A stretch of DNA of 64,000 nucleotides, taken from assembly GCA_965204735.1 (NCBI GenBank), contig OZ242008.1, forward strand, positions 1,760,001 to 1,824,000. Reading direction: 5' to 3'. The DNA is from Longimicrobiales bacterium. Its GTDB lineage: Bacteria; Gemmatimonadota; Gemmatimonadetes; Longimicrobiales; Gaopeijiaceae. Positions within the stretch are counted from its first letter, which is position 1, and each line of letters starts with the position of its first letter. The notes under the pieces are model-generated. The model made no database searches and was not told the origin of the DNA. It worked only from the letters and a program-made list of their open reading frames with translations. A program made the translations under genes and the position numbers. Below are positions 55,709 to 64,000 of this stretch, piece by piece.

Positions 55709-55937
55709 GGGCCGGCCCCGGGGCCCGGACGAGCTTGACGTCCAGTGTTCTATGGATGCGCCCTACGAGGTGGACCCGCCCCTGCGGCCCCTTTGGTGAC
55801 GCCACGGCGTTCTGCGGACGCGCCCCCAAGCGTGTCCAAAGCGAGCGGGCAGCCGGGGCGACCAAGCCGCCAAGTGCCCACCCAGCCCCAAGTCGCCCGC
55901 GCCTCTTCCAATCCAACCCTCCCAAGCTTCAATTGAG

Positions 55938-56031
55938 ACTGGCCTTCGTCGGCCGCACTGGCCCTCGTCGGTCTCACTGGCCCTCGTCGGTCGCACCGGC
56001 CTTCGCCGGCCGCACCGGCCCTCGCCGGCCC
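55938..56031. repeat. 19-bp tandem repeat x5 (ACYGGCCYTCGYCGGYCGC)
   Basis: Units start at 55938, 55957, 55976, 55995 and 56014. Confidence 0.9.
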
Positions 56032-56106
56032 CTCGCCGCCCCCAATCCCTCGGCCTCAATCGGCCGCCCCGCCTTCCATCGCTCCCGCCGACCCGGAGCC
56101 TGCGCC

Positions 56107-57343
<1,237 letters not shown>

Positions 57344-57345
<2 letters not shown>

Positions 57346-57465
57346 CCGTCGCCCGCGCAACCAACCGTCGCCCGCAACCAGCCGCCGCCGGCAACCAGCC
57401 GTCGCCCGCAACCAGCCGCCGCCGGCAACCAGCCGTCGCCCGCAACCAGCCCGTCGCCCGCAACC
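57344..57465. repeat. 17-bp tandem repeat x7 (AGCCGYCGCCSGCAACC)
   Basis: Units start at 57344, 57363, 57380, 57397, 57414, 57431 and 57448, filling the icd-pepA intergenic region. Confidence 0.92.
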
Positions 57466-57485
57466 AACAGAGGAGGACCGCAGCC

Positions 57486-59072
57486 GTGCGCATCGAGGTC
57501 GTTGGAGTGCCGAAGGGTCCGGCGGACGCGTCGCCCGCCGCCATGGAAACGCCGCTGATGGTGGCGCCGATCTACACGTTGCTCCCCGTGCGGTCGCGCG
57601 GTCTGCTGGGCCTCCCGGTGGTCGCGGCGCTGGACCGGCGCGCGGGCGGGGTCCTGGAGCGAGCCCTTGCCCAGGAGGAGATGGACCGCCGAGGCCTTGC
57701 CCGAGCCTTTGCCCGGGATGGGCTGGAGAGCAAGGACGGGGAGTGGGTCGAGGGGTCCGGTCGCGGCGGACCCGGACCCGAACGGATTCGCTTCGTCAGC
57801 ATGGGGCAGCAGTCCAACCGCATAGCGTACCGGAACTTGGCCGGCCGGGCCGTGCGGGCTGCCGAGGAGCACGGGGCTGCGTCGCTGGCGTTGTGCGTGA
57901 GCCACGCTCGGAACCCTGAGCCGGGGTACGTGGGCTCGGCCTTGGCCGAAGGGCTGGTGATGGCGGCTTGGCGCTTCGACGAGTTCAAGTCGGACCCGGT
58001 CCGTTACCGGGGAAGGCCGGCGCCGCCGGTGGAGTCGGCGGTGGTGCTGGTGCCCGAGGAAGACCTGCAGGAGTGGAGCGAGTCGGTCCGCCGGGGCGTG
58101 GTGCACGGGCAGGCGGCCAACCTGACCCGAACGCTGCAAGCCCGCCCCGGCAACGTGGCGACACCGACCCACTTGGCCGAAGAGGCAGAGAAGATCGCCC
58201 GCGAGGCCGGCCTGGAGTGCACGATCCTCGGGCCCGAGGAGCTGGAGCGGGAAAGGATGCGGGCTCTCCTCGCGGTCGCCCGGGGGTCCGACGAGGAGCC
58301 GCGGATGATCGTCCTGCGCCACTCCGGCGGCGACCCCGACGACCAGCCGCTGGCGCTGGTGGGCAAGGGCCTCACCTTCGACGCCGGGGGCATTTCGATC
58401 AAGCCCGCCAAGGGAATGGAGGACATGAAGTACGACATGTCCGGCGGGGCCGCCGTCCTGGGCGCGATGTGGGGCGTGGGCCGTCTGGGGCTTTCGTGCA
58501 ACGTGGTGGGGATCGTGCCCTGCGCCGAGAACCTCCTCGGCGGCTCCGCAACCAAGCCGGGCGACATCGTCGTCGCTCGGTCCGGGAAGTCCGTGGAAGT
58601 GATCAACACCGACGCCGAGGGCCGGCTGATCCTGGCCGACGCCCTGGACTACGCGACCGAGACGAACCCCAAGATCATCGTGGACTGCGCGACGCTGACG
58701 GGCGCCTCCGTCGTGGCGCTGGGCCACACCTTCTCGGCGGCGATGGGGAACGACCCGTGGATCGTCGACCAGCTGGAGAGCGCGGGGGACCTGGCGAACG
58801 AGCCTTGCTGGCACCTGCCGATGGCCGACGAGTACCGGAGTCGGCTCGACAGCGACTGCGCCGACCTCAAGAACGTGGGGGGACGGGCGGCGGGCGCGAT
58901 CACGGCCGCCTGCTTCCTCTCCGAGTTCGTGCAAGAGATCCCCTGGGTTCACCTGGACATCGCGGGGACGGCGTACGGCAAGACCAAGAAGCCCTACCTG
59001 CGCGACGGTCCCCTGGGCAATCCGTGCCGCCTCCTGCTCTCTTGGCTGGAATACAGATCGCGCTCGGCGTAA
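57486..59072 (+). CDS. pepA: Leucyl aminopeptidase (M17)
   Basis: VGKGLTFDAGG, MKYDMSGG, NTDAEGRLILAD and WVHLDIAG. RBS AGGAGG before the GTG start. Confidence 0.95.
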   Translation: MRIEVVGVPKGPADASPAAMETPLMVAPIYTLLPVRSRGLLGLPVVAALDRRAGGVLERALAQEEMDRRGLARAFARDGLESKDGEWVEGSGRGGPGPERIRFVSMGQQSNRIAYRNLAGRAVRAAEEHGAASLALCVSHARNPEPGYVGSALAEGLVMAAWRFDEFKSDPVRYRGRPAPPVESAVVLVPEEDLQEWSESVRRGVVHGQAANLTRTLQARPGNVATPTHLAEEAEKIAREAGLECTILGPEELERERMRALLAVARGSDEEPRMIVLRHSGGDPDDQPLALVGKGLTFDAGGISIKPAKGMEDMKYDMSGGAAVLGAMWGVGRLGLSCNVVGIVPCAENLLGGSATKPGDIVVARSGKSVEVINTDAEGRLILADALDYATETNPKIIVDCATLTGASVVALGHTFSAAMGNDPWIVDQLESAGDLANEPCWHLPMADEYRSRLDSDCADLKNVGGRAAGAITAACFLSEFVQEIPWVHLDIAGTAYGKTKKPYLRDGPLGNPCRLLLSWLEYRSRSA

Positions 59073-59113
59073 GGACGGCCGGGGTCGCCGCAGGAGGCGT
59101 CGCGGGCGGCGGC

Positions 59114-59202
59114 ATGGCTCCCGCGGCGGGCGGCGGGCGGGCAGGTCGTGGGGCTCTTCGGGGCCCCGTCCCGATGGCTCCCGCGGCGGGCGGCGGGCGG
59201 GC
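59114..59202. repeat. 29-bp direct repeat, 2 copies 60 bp apart
   Basis: ATGGCTCCCGCGGCGGGCGGCGGGCGGGC at 59114 and 59174. Confidence 0.85.
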
Positions 59203-61171
59203 CTGCCGTCGGCCTTGCGCTCGGCTTGCCGCCGTCGTTCTCGGCGGCATGGCCTTGGCAGGAGCCGCCGTCGCGTCGGGTCAGGAGCCGCCCGACACGA
59301 TGCAGGCGGCGGCCGACTCGCTGCGGCCGGACTCGGCGGGCGTCGATCCAGTGGCCGACTCCCTCGCCGGCGACTCCGCGGCCGCCGACTCCGTCGCCGT
59401 GGACACCCTGCCGCCGCCCCCGGTCTTCCCCTCGCTGGAAGACCCCTTGCCCCCGCAGGCGACCCCCGGCACGTGGGAGTGGGACCGGACCGCGCTGCTG
59501 GGCGCCCGGGGCCAGACGCTGCGGGAGCTCCTCTCGGGGCTGCCGGGTCTGCTGCACGTCCGCGCCGGCGACTTCGGCGCTCCGTCGGCGGTCTTTCCGG
59601 TGGGCTGGTCGGGGGGCGGGATGCGGCTCTACTACGACGGGGTGGAGCACCTGCCGATGGAGGGATCGGTCCCGGACCTGTCCCGGGTCGCCCTCTCCGG
59701 GCTGGAGCGGGTGCGCGTGGTCCGCAGGGCAGGAGGCGTGGACGTGCTCCTCTTCCGACGCGTCCACGGCGACAAGCGACCCCACTCCCTCGTCGAGGCC
59801 GGTACGGGAGACCAGGACACCAACGTGCTCCGAGCGACCTTCTCGCTGCCCCGAGCGCTGGGCGGAAAGGCGTCCCTGGCGCTGGACCGGCTGGACACCC
59901 AGGGAAGGGAGGACCCGGGCGCGACGACCGGCGCATGGTTGCGCTACAGCGTTCACCGGGGCGACCGGGGAGGCCTGCGCTTCGAGTACCGGCGGATCGG
60001 CTCCCAGCGCTCCGACACCGCGTACGTGCCGGCGTCGGCCGTGCGCTCCGACTGGACGGTGCAGGGCGTGTGGCGGCTTCGCGAAGGAGCGCTGGCGGAA
60101 GCGTGGACCACGGGAGCGTCGATGGCGTCGGGAGACACCTTGGCGGCTTTTCCGTTCGCGGCGGAGCGCCGCCGCCAGGTCGGCGTCCGTCTCTCGGGCG
60201 AGCGGGGCGGGCTGTGGGGAAGGGCCACGGCCCGCTTCAACGGCGGCGCGGGGGTCGCCGACCGGGAGCTGAGCGTCGAGGCGTCGGCGCTCTCGGCGCG
60301 GTGGGGCGGAGCCGGCGCGCGGCTCTGGCAGGAGGCGTGGGCTGGACGCTCCGGGTCCGGCTACGACGTGCGGGCGTGGGCGTCGCCCGTCTCCTTCGCC
60401 CACGTCTTCGTGGAGCACGGAGACGGCAGCCGTTCGGTGCCGGACCTCGCTCCCCTGCCGGTTGCGCCGCCCGACTCCGCCCCGGAGACGCCCGAGGCCG
60501 ACACCGCCGGCGTCGAACCCGAGCCGCCGGAGGCGCCCAGGAACCGCTTCAGCCGGCGAACGGAGACCCGCTTCGGCGCGCGGCTGGCCTGGCGGGGCGC
60601 CCAGGCGACGGGGGCCCGGACCTTCGTGGAGGCGGACTCGGTGTGGCCCACCGGGCTCCCCTTCGACAGGGGCGGCTTGGTTCTCCCCCAGGCCAGGCGC
60701 GCAGGATGGGAGGTGACGGGCCGGATTCCCCTCTGGCCCCGGGGCCTGGCGCTGCGAGGCGCGGTCCAGCTCTGGGACCCGTCCGACTCGGTCGCCCTTT
60801 ACTTCCCCGACCACGTCTACGACGCGAGCCTCTCGTTCCACCGCACGTTCCTGGCCAGCGGCAACTTCGAGTGGTGGATCGACGTGGGCGTGCAGGGACG
60901 GTCGCCGATGGCCACCCCCCATCCGCGCCCCGCTGCGGAAGAAGACGGGCCGGAGGCGTCCGCGGGCGTCGCCGAGGGCTCCGGGCTCGCGCCGTCGACG
61001 GCGCCCTTCTACCAGGACTGGTACTTCCGAATGCAGGCGAGGATCCTGACCCTGAACATCTTCGTCACCGTCGAGAACCTGACTCTGCGGCCCGAGAACC
61101 AGGACGTGCCCGGACGCCTGCTGCCCGGGACCCGCGGCCTCTACGGCGTGAGGTGGACCCTGTGGAACTGA
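59174..61171 (+). CDS. Putative TonB-dependent-receptor-like outer-membrane protein (plug domain)
   Basis: Signal peptide, acidic linker, plug-like TLRELLSGLPG...LYYDG...LERVRVVR, beta-strand patterns and aromatic C-terminus YGVRWTLWN. Start uncertain. Confidence 0.7.
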   Translation: MAPAAGGGRACRRPCARLAAVVLGGMALAGAAVASGQEPPDTMQAAADSLRPDSAGVDPVADSLAGDSAAADSVAVDTLPPPPVFPSLEDPLPPQATPGTWEWDRTALLGARGQTLRELLSGLPGLLHVRAGDFGAPSAVFPVGWSGGGMRLYYDGVEHLPMEGSVPDLSRVALSGLERVRVVRRAGGVDVLLFRRVHGDKRPHSLVEAGTGDQDTNVLRATFSLPRALGGKASLALDRLDTQGREDPGATTGAWLRYSVHRGDRGGLRFEYRRIGSQRSDTAYVPASAVRSDWTVQGVWRLREGALAEAWTTGASMASGDTLAAFPFAAERRRQVGVRLSGERGGLWGRATARFNGGAGVADRELSVEASALSARWGGAGARLWQEAWAGRSGSGYDVRAWASPVSFAHVFVEHGDGSRSVPDLAPLPVAPPDSAPETPEADTAGVEPEPPEAPRNRFSRRTETRFGARLAWRGAQATGARTFVEADSVWPTGLPFDRGGLVLPQARRAGWEVTGRIPLWPRGLALRGAVQLWDPSDSVALYFPDHVYDASLSFHRTFLASGNFEWWIDVGVQGRSPMATPHPRPAAEEDGPEASAGVAEGSGLAPSTAPFYQDWYFRMQARILTLNIFVTVENLTLRPENQDVPGRLLPGTRGLYGVRWTLWN

Positions 61172-61181
61172 CGCTTCGACG

Positions 61182-62072
61182 ATGATCCGCAGCATGACGG
61201 GCTACGGCGCCGCCGAAGCCGGGCTGCCGGACGGGCGCGTTCTGGTCGTGGAGGTCAGGACCGTCAACCACCGCCACCTCGGCTGCACCGTGCGCCTTCC
61301 CCAGGGCTGGGAGGAGCTCGAGCACAAGGTCGTCGAGCGGATTCGAGCGGCGCTCTCGCGCGGCCGGGTCTCCCTCTCGGCCAGCTGCAAGGACCCGGAG
61401 CGCTCCGCGGCGACGACTCTGGAGCTGGACATGGAACGGCTGCGCCGCTACGCGTCGCTGCTGGGGGAGGCGTCGCGAGAGGCTGGCGTGGAGGGGCGGC
61501 TGGACGTGAACACCCTTGCAGCGCTGCCCGGCGTCTTTCGGGTCGCCAAGCCCCCGACCGCGGCGCCCGACGGAGCCGAGTTCCGGGCGCTGGCGTGCGT
61601 CGGCGAGGCCCTCGATCGGGCAGTGGAGATGCGCGAGGCAGAGGGCCGGATGCTGGAGGGGGCGCTGCGGGAGAGCCTGAAGCGGATCGCGGCGGAGGTG
61701 GACGCCGTGGAGGCCCGGGCGCCCGAGCGGCTGCTGCGGGAGCGCGATCGTCTGCGGGAGCGGGTTCGGCTCCTCGCCGAGTCGGTGGACGTCGACGAGG
61801 ACCGGCTGGCCAGGGAAGTGGCCTACTTGGCGGAGAAGTGGGACGTGACGGAGGAGGTCGTTCGCCTGCGGTCCCACGTCGCCCTCTTCCTGGAGACCTT
61901 GGACGGCGCGGCGGCGCAGGCGGGCAAGCGGCTGGGATTCGTCGTGCAGGAGATGAACCGGGAAGCGAACACGATCGGCTCCAAGGCCAACGACGCGGCG
62001 ATCTCGGCGTCGGCCGTGGCGGTGAAGGAGGAGCTGGAGCGCATCCGCGAACAGCTGGAGAACGTGGAGTGA
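61182..62072 (+). CDS. yicC: YicC/YloC endoribonuclease
   Basis: MIRSMTGYG, EVRTVNHR, DVTEEVVRL, QEMNREANTIGSK and REQLENVE. Confidence 0.96.
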   Translation: MIRSMTGYGAAEAGLPDGRVLVVEVRTVNHRHLGCTVRLPQGWEELEHKVVERIRAALSRGRVSLSASCKDPERSAATTLELDMERLRRYASLLGEASREAGVEGRLDVNTLAALPGVFRVAKPPTAAPDGAEFRALACVGEALDRAVEMREAEGRMLEGALRESLKRIAAEVDAVEARAPERLLRERDRLRERVRLLAESVDVDEDRLAREVAYLAEKWDVTEEVVRLRSHVALFLETLDGAAAQAGKRLGFVVQEMNREANTIGSKANDAAISASAVAVKEELERIREQLENVE

Positions 62073-62842
62073 GGGGCGTGGGAACTCCGGATGGGGGCGC
62101 GGGCCGGGAGTCGGGCGGGGACCGGCGCCCGAACGCGGGCCGGGCGCTGGACGCGGGTGCCCCGCTGGTGCTGGTCGGGCCGTCGGGGGCGGGGAAGACG
62201 ACGATCGCCGAGCGGCTGGTGAGCACGTGCCGGGATCGGTTCGTGCTGTCGGTGTCGGTCACGACGCGCCCGCCCCGAGCGGGAGAGCGCGACGGACGGG
62301 AGTACCGGTTCGTCTCCCGTTCCGAGTTCGAGGCGATGATCGACGGCGGCAGGCTGGCCGAGTGGGCGCGGGTCCACGGCCGCTGCTACGGCACGCCGCT
62401 GGACAACTTGGCGACGGCCCGCCGTGGCGGCAGAAGGCCCGTGCTGGACATCGACCTGCAGGGCGCGCGGCAGGTGGCGGAGCGGGTGCCGGGCGCGATC
62501 CAGGTGTTCGTGGCGCCGCCGGGACCGAAGCAGTGGATTCGTCGCCTCGCGGGGCGCGGCACCGAGACGCCCGCCGAGGTCGTCCGTCGCCTGCGCACCG
62601 CCCTGACCGAGCTGGAGGCGGTCCCTTCGTTCGAGCGGGTGGTGGTCAACCGGGAAGTCGACCAGGCCGTGGCGGAGACCCTGGCCTTTGCCCGGCCGGC
62701 GGCGCGGGAAGGCGTCCCGGCTTCTGCGTCGTCCGAATCCGTGGCGGCCCTCTGCCGACGGCTTCGCGCCGGCGCCCAAGCGGAGATCGACCGTCTTCGG
62801 TCGGCGGCCGAGGCGGATTCGGTTCTCGGCGCCGGGGCGTGA
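62069..62842 (+). CDS. gmk: Guanylate kinase
   Basis: GPSGAGKTT, SVSVTTRPPRAGERDGREY, EWARVHG..YGT and DIDLQGA. Confidence 0.95.
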   Translation: MRGVGTPDGGAGRESGGDRRPNAGRALDAGAPLVLVGPSGAGKTTIAERLVSTCRDRFVLSVSVTTRPPRAGERDGREYRFVSRSEFEAMIDGGRLAEWARVHGRCYGTPLDNLATARRGGRRPVLDIDLQGARQVAERVPGAIQVFVAPPGPKQWIRRLAGRGTETPAEVVRRLRTALTELEAVPSFERVVVNREVDQAVAETLAFARPAAREGVPASASSESVAALCRRLRAGAQAEIDRLRSAAEADSVLGAGA

Positions 62843-62907
62843 CGCCGGCGCCGCCCGAAGACCCGTCCGCGGCGCTTCGGGACCGCTGGCGCCGGGCTTG
62901 ACCGTCC

Positions 62908-62916
62908 TGCTAACTT
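62908..62916 (+). promoter_or_regulatory. Extended -10 (TGCTAACTT) 7 nt before the rpoZ ATG: probable leaderless promoter
   Basis: TGnTAnnnT with no Shine-Dalgarno between it and the ATG. Confidence 0.5.
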
Positions 62917-62923
62917 GCCCGTC

Positions 62924-63142
62924 ATGAGAGTCTTCACGACGGACGAAGTCGCCAAGAACAACCAGAGCAAGTACCTGGGCGTTCTCGTGGCCGCGAAGTA
63001 CGCGCGGGAGCTCAACCTCCTCCCGAGCGACCCGATCCTCATGGGCGACCAGAAGAAGCTGTCGACGCGGGCCCTGGAAGCCATCACGTCGGGCCAAGTC
63101 GAGTACCGCTTGGTCGAACGGCGCCCGACGAACCCGGTCTAG
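62924..63142 (+). CDS. rpoZ: RNA polymerase omega subunit
   Basis: SKYLGVLVAAKYAREL...KLSTRALE; position between gmk and coaBC. Confidence 0.88.
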   Translation: MRVFTTDEVAKNNQSKYLGVLVAAKYARELNLLPSDPILMGDQKKLSTRALEAITSGQVEYRLVERRPTNPV

Positions 63143-63151
63143 GTCACTGGG

Positions 63152-64000
63152 GTGTCGCTCGGCGGCTGCTTCCCGCCCCGCGAGCCCGCATACCCCTGGA
63201 AGGGGCGGCGCGTCGTGCTCGGCGTGTGCGGCGGCGTCTCCGCGTACAAGGTCGTCCAGGTCGCCCGCGACCTGACGCTTCTGGGGGCCCGGGTCGACGT
63301 GGCGCTCACAGAAGCGGCTCGTCGCTTCGTGACTCCCCTGGCGTTCGAAGGAGTGACCGGACGGCGGCCCGTCGAGGATTGGTTCTCGGCCCGGGGAACG
63401 GCGCTCCACTTGGAGCTTGCCGGGAGGGCGCACTGCGTCTGCGTCGCGCCCGCCACGGCGGACTTCATGGCCCGGGCCGCATCGGGCGCGGCCTCGGACT
63501 TGCCCACGGCGATTCTGCTCGCTGCTCGGGCGCCGGTGCTCTTCGTCCCGGCCATGAACTGGCGGATGTTCGCCCACCCCCAGACCCAGGCGAACGCGTC
63601 GCGCATGGAAGAGGTCCTGGGCTACCGGCGCGTCGGCCCCCGCACGGGCGAGCTCGCGGTGGGCGAGATGCAGGGAACCGGCCGGATGGCCGAGCCGCGC
63701 GAGATCGTCGAGGAGGTGGGCCGAGCGCTGGGCGGCGGCTTCTTCCCCGGCAAGCGCGTGCTGGTCACGGCGGGTCCGACGCGCGAGGCGATCGACCCGG
63801 TTCGATACGTGGGCAACCGCTCCTCGGGCCGCATGGGGTACGCGCTGGCGGCGGCGGCGTGGTGCCGGGGGGCCGAAGTGACGCTGGTGACGGGTCCCAC
63901 CGAGCTGGAGCCGCCTCACGGCGCCGATGTGGTTCGGGTGGAGACGGCCGTCGAGATGCGCGACGCGACGCTGGCCCGGGCCGCCGAAGCCGACGTGGCG
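63152..64000 (+). CDS. coaBC: Bifunctional CoaBC, 5' part; runs off the window
   Basis: Manual translation: VLGVCGGVSAYK, VAPATAD, PAMN, GRMAEP and VTAGPTREAIDPVRYVGNRSSGRMG. Confidence 0.95.
   Translation, partial: MSLGGCFPPREPAYPWKGRRVVLGVCGGVSAYKVVQVARDLTLLGARVDVALTEAARRFVTPLAFEGVTGRRPVEDWFSARGTALHLELAGRAHCVCVAPATADFMARAASGAASDLPTAILLAARAPVLFVPAMNWRMFAHPQTQANASRMEEVLGYRRVGPRTGELAVGEMQGTGRMAEPREIVEEVGRALGGGFFPGKRVLVTAGPTREAIDPVRYVGNRSSGRMGYALAAAAWCRGAEVTLVTGPTELEPPHGADVVRVETAVEMRDATLARAAEADVA

Noticed and set aside
29474..55900. Integrase, tRNA anchor or att repeats for the island; prophage
   Set aside because: No recombinase ORF, tRNA or phage structural gene was seen, and I found no flanking direct repeat by eye.

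Overview
A high-GC bacterial chromosome segment, probably from Gemmatimonadota (an inference from gene content and order, not tested). The left 29 kb is core genome: a partial PBP1A, aroB, acyl-CoA ligase, an NYN-LOTUS protein, mpg, DUF4153, an NhaC-family transporter, etfBA, moxR/CNNM/gamma-CA, a complete F1Fo atp operon, a 23S-5S rRNA unit with no adjacent 16S, and thiE-mltG-ruvX. The right 8 kb is also core: icd, pepA, a TonB-plug protein and yicC-gmk-rpoZ-coaBC. Between them lies a ~26 kb defence island (29474-55324) with no integrase or tRNA anchor visible. Its backbone is an SNF2 helicase-DUF3883 nuclease, a DUF1156 adenine methyltransferase and a HEPN-DUF499 ATPase (a BREX-related architecture lacking PglZ). 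Several accessory modules are interleaved with it. The best candidate for an undescribed system is a low-GC module of a winged-helix-like orphan, a BrxD-like AAA+ ATPase, a PIN nuclease and an SPPY-type methyltransferase. The others are a GmrSD-like protein whose HNH residues are substituted, an ABC-ATPase/PIN pair, a Zn-finger orphan, decayed AlbA_2 and ParA genes, hicBA and a catalytically altered Fic. A nested IS pile-up splits the island: an IS21 remnant, then an ISL3 with an 8-bp target duplication that carries a deleted IS1202-family element with a 17-bp duplication in its own end. All family assignments come from motifs read by eye; no database searches were run.
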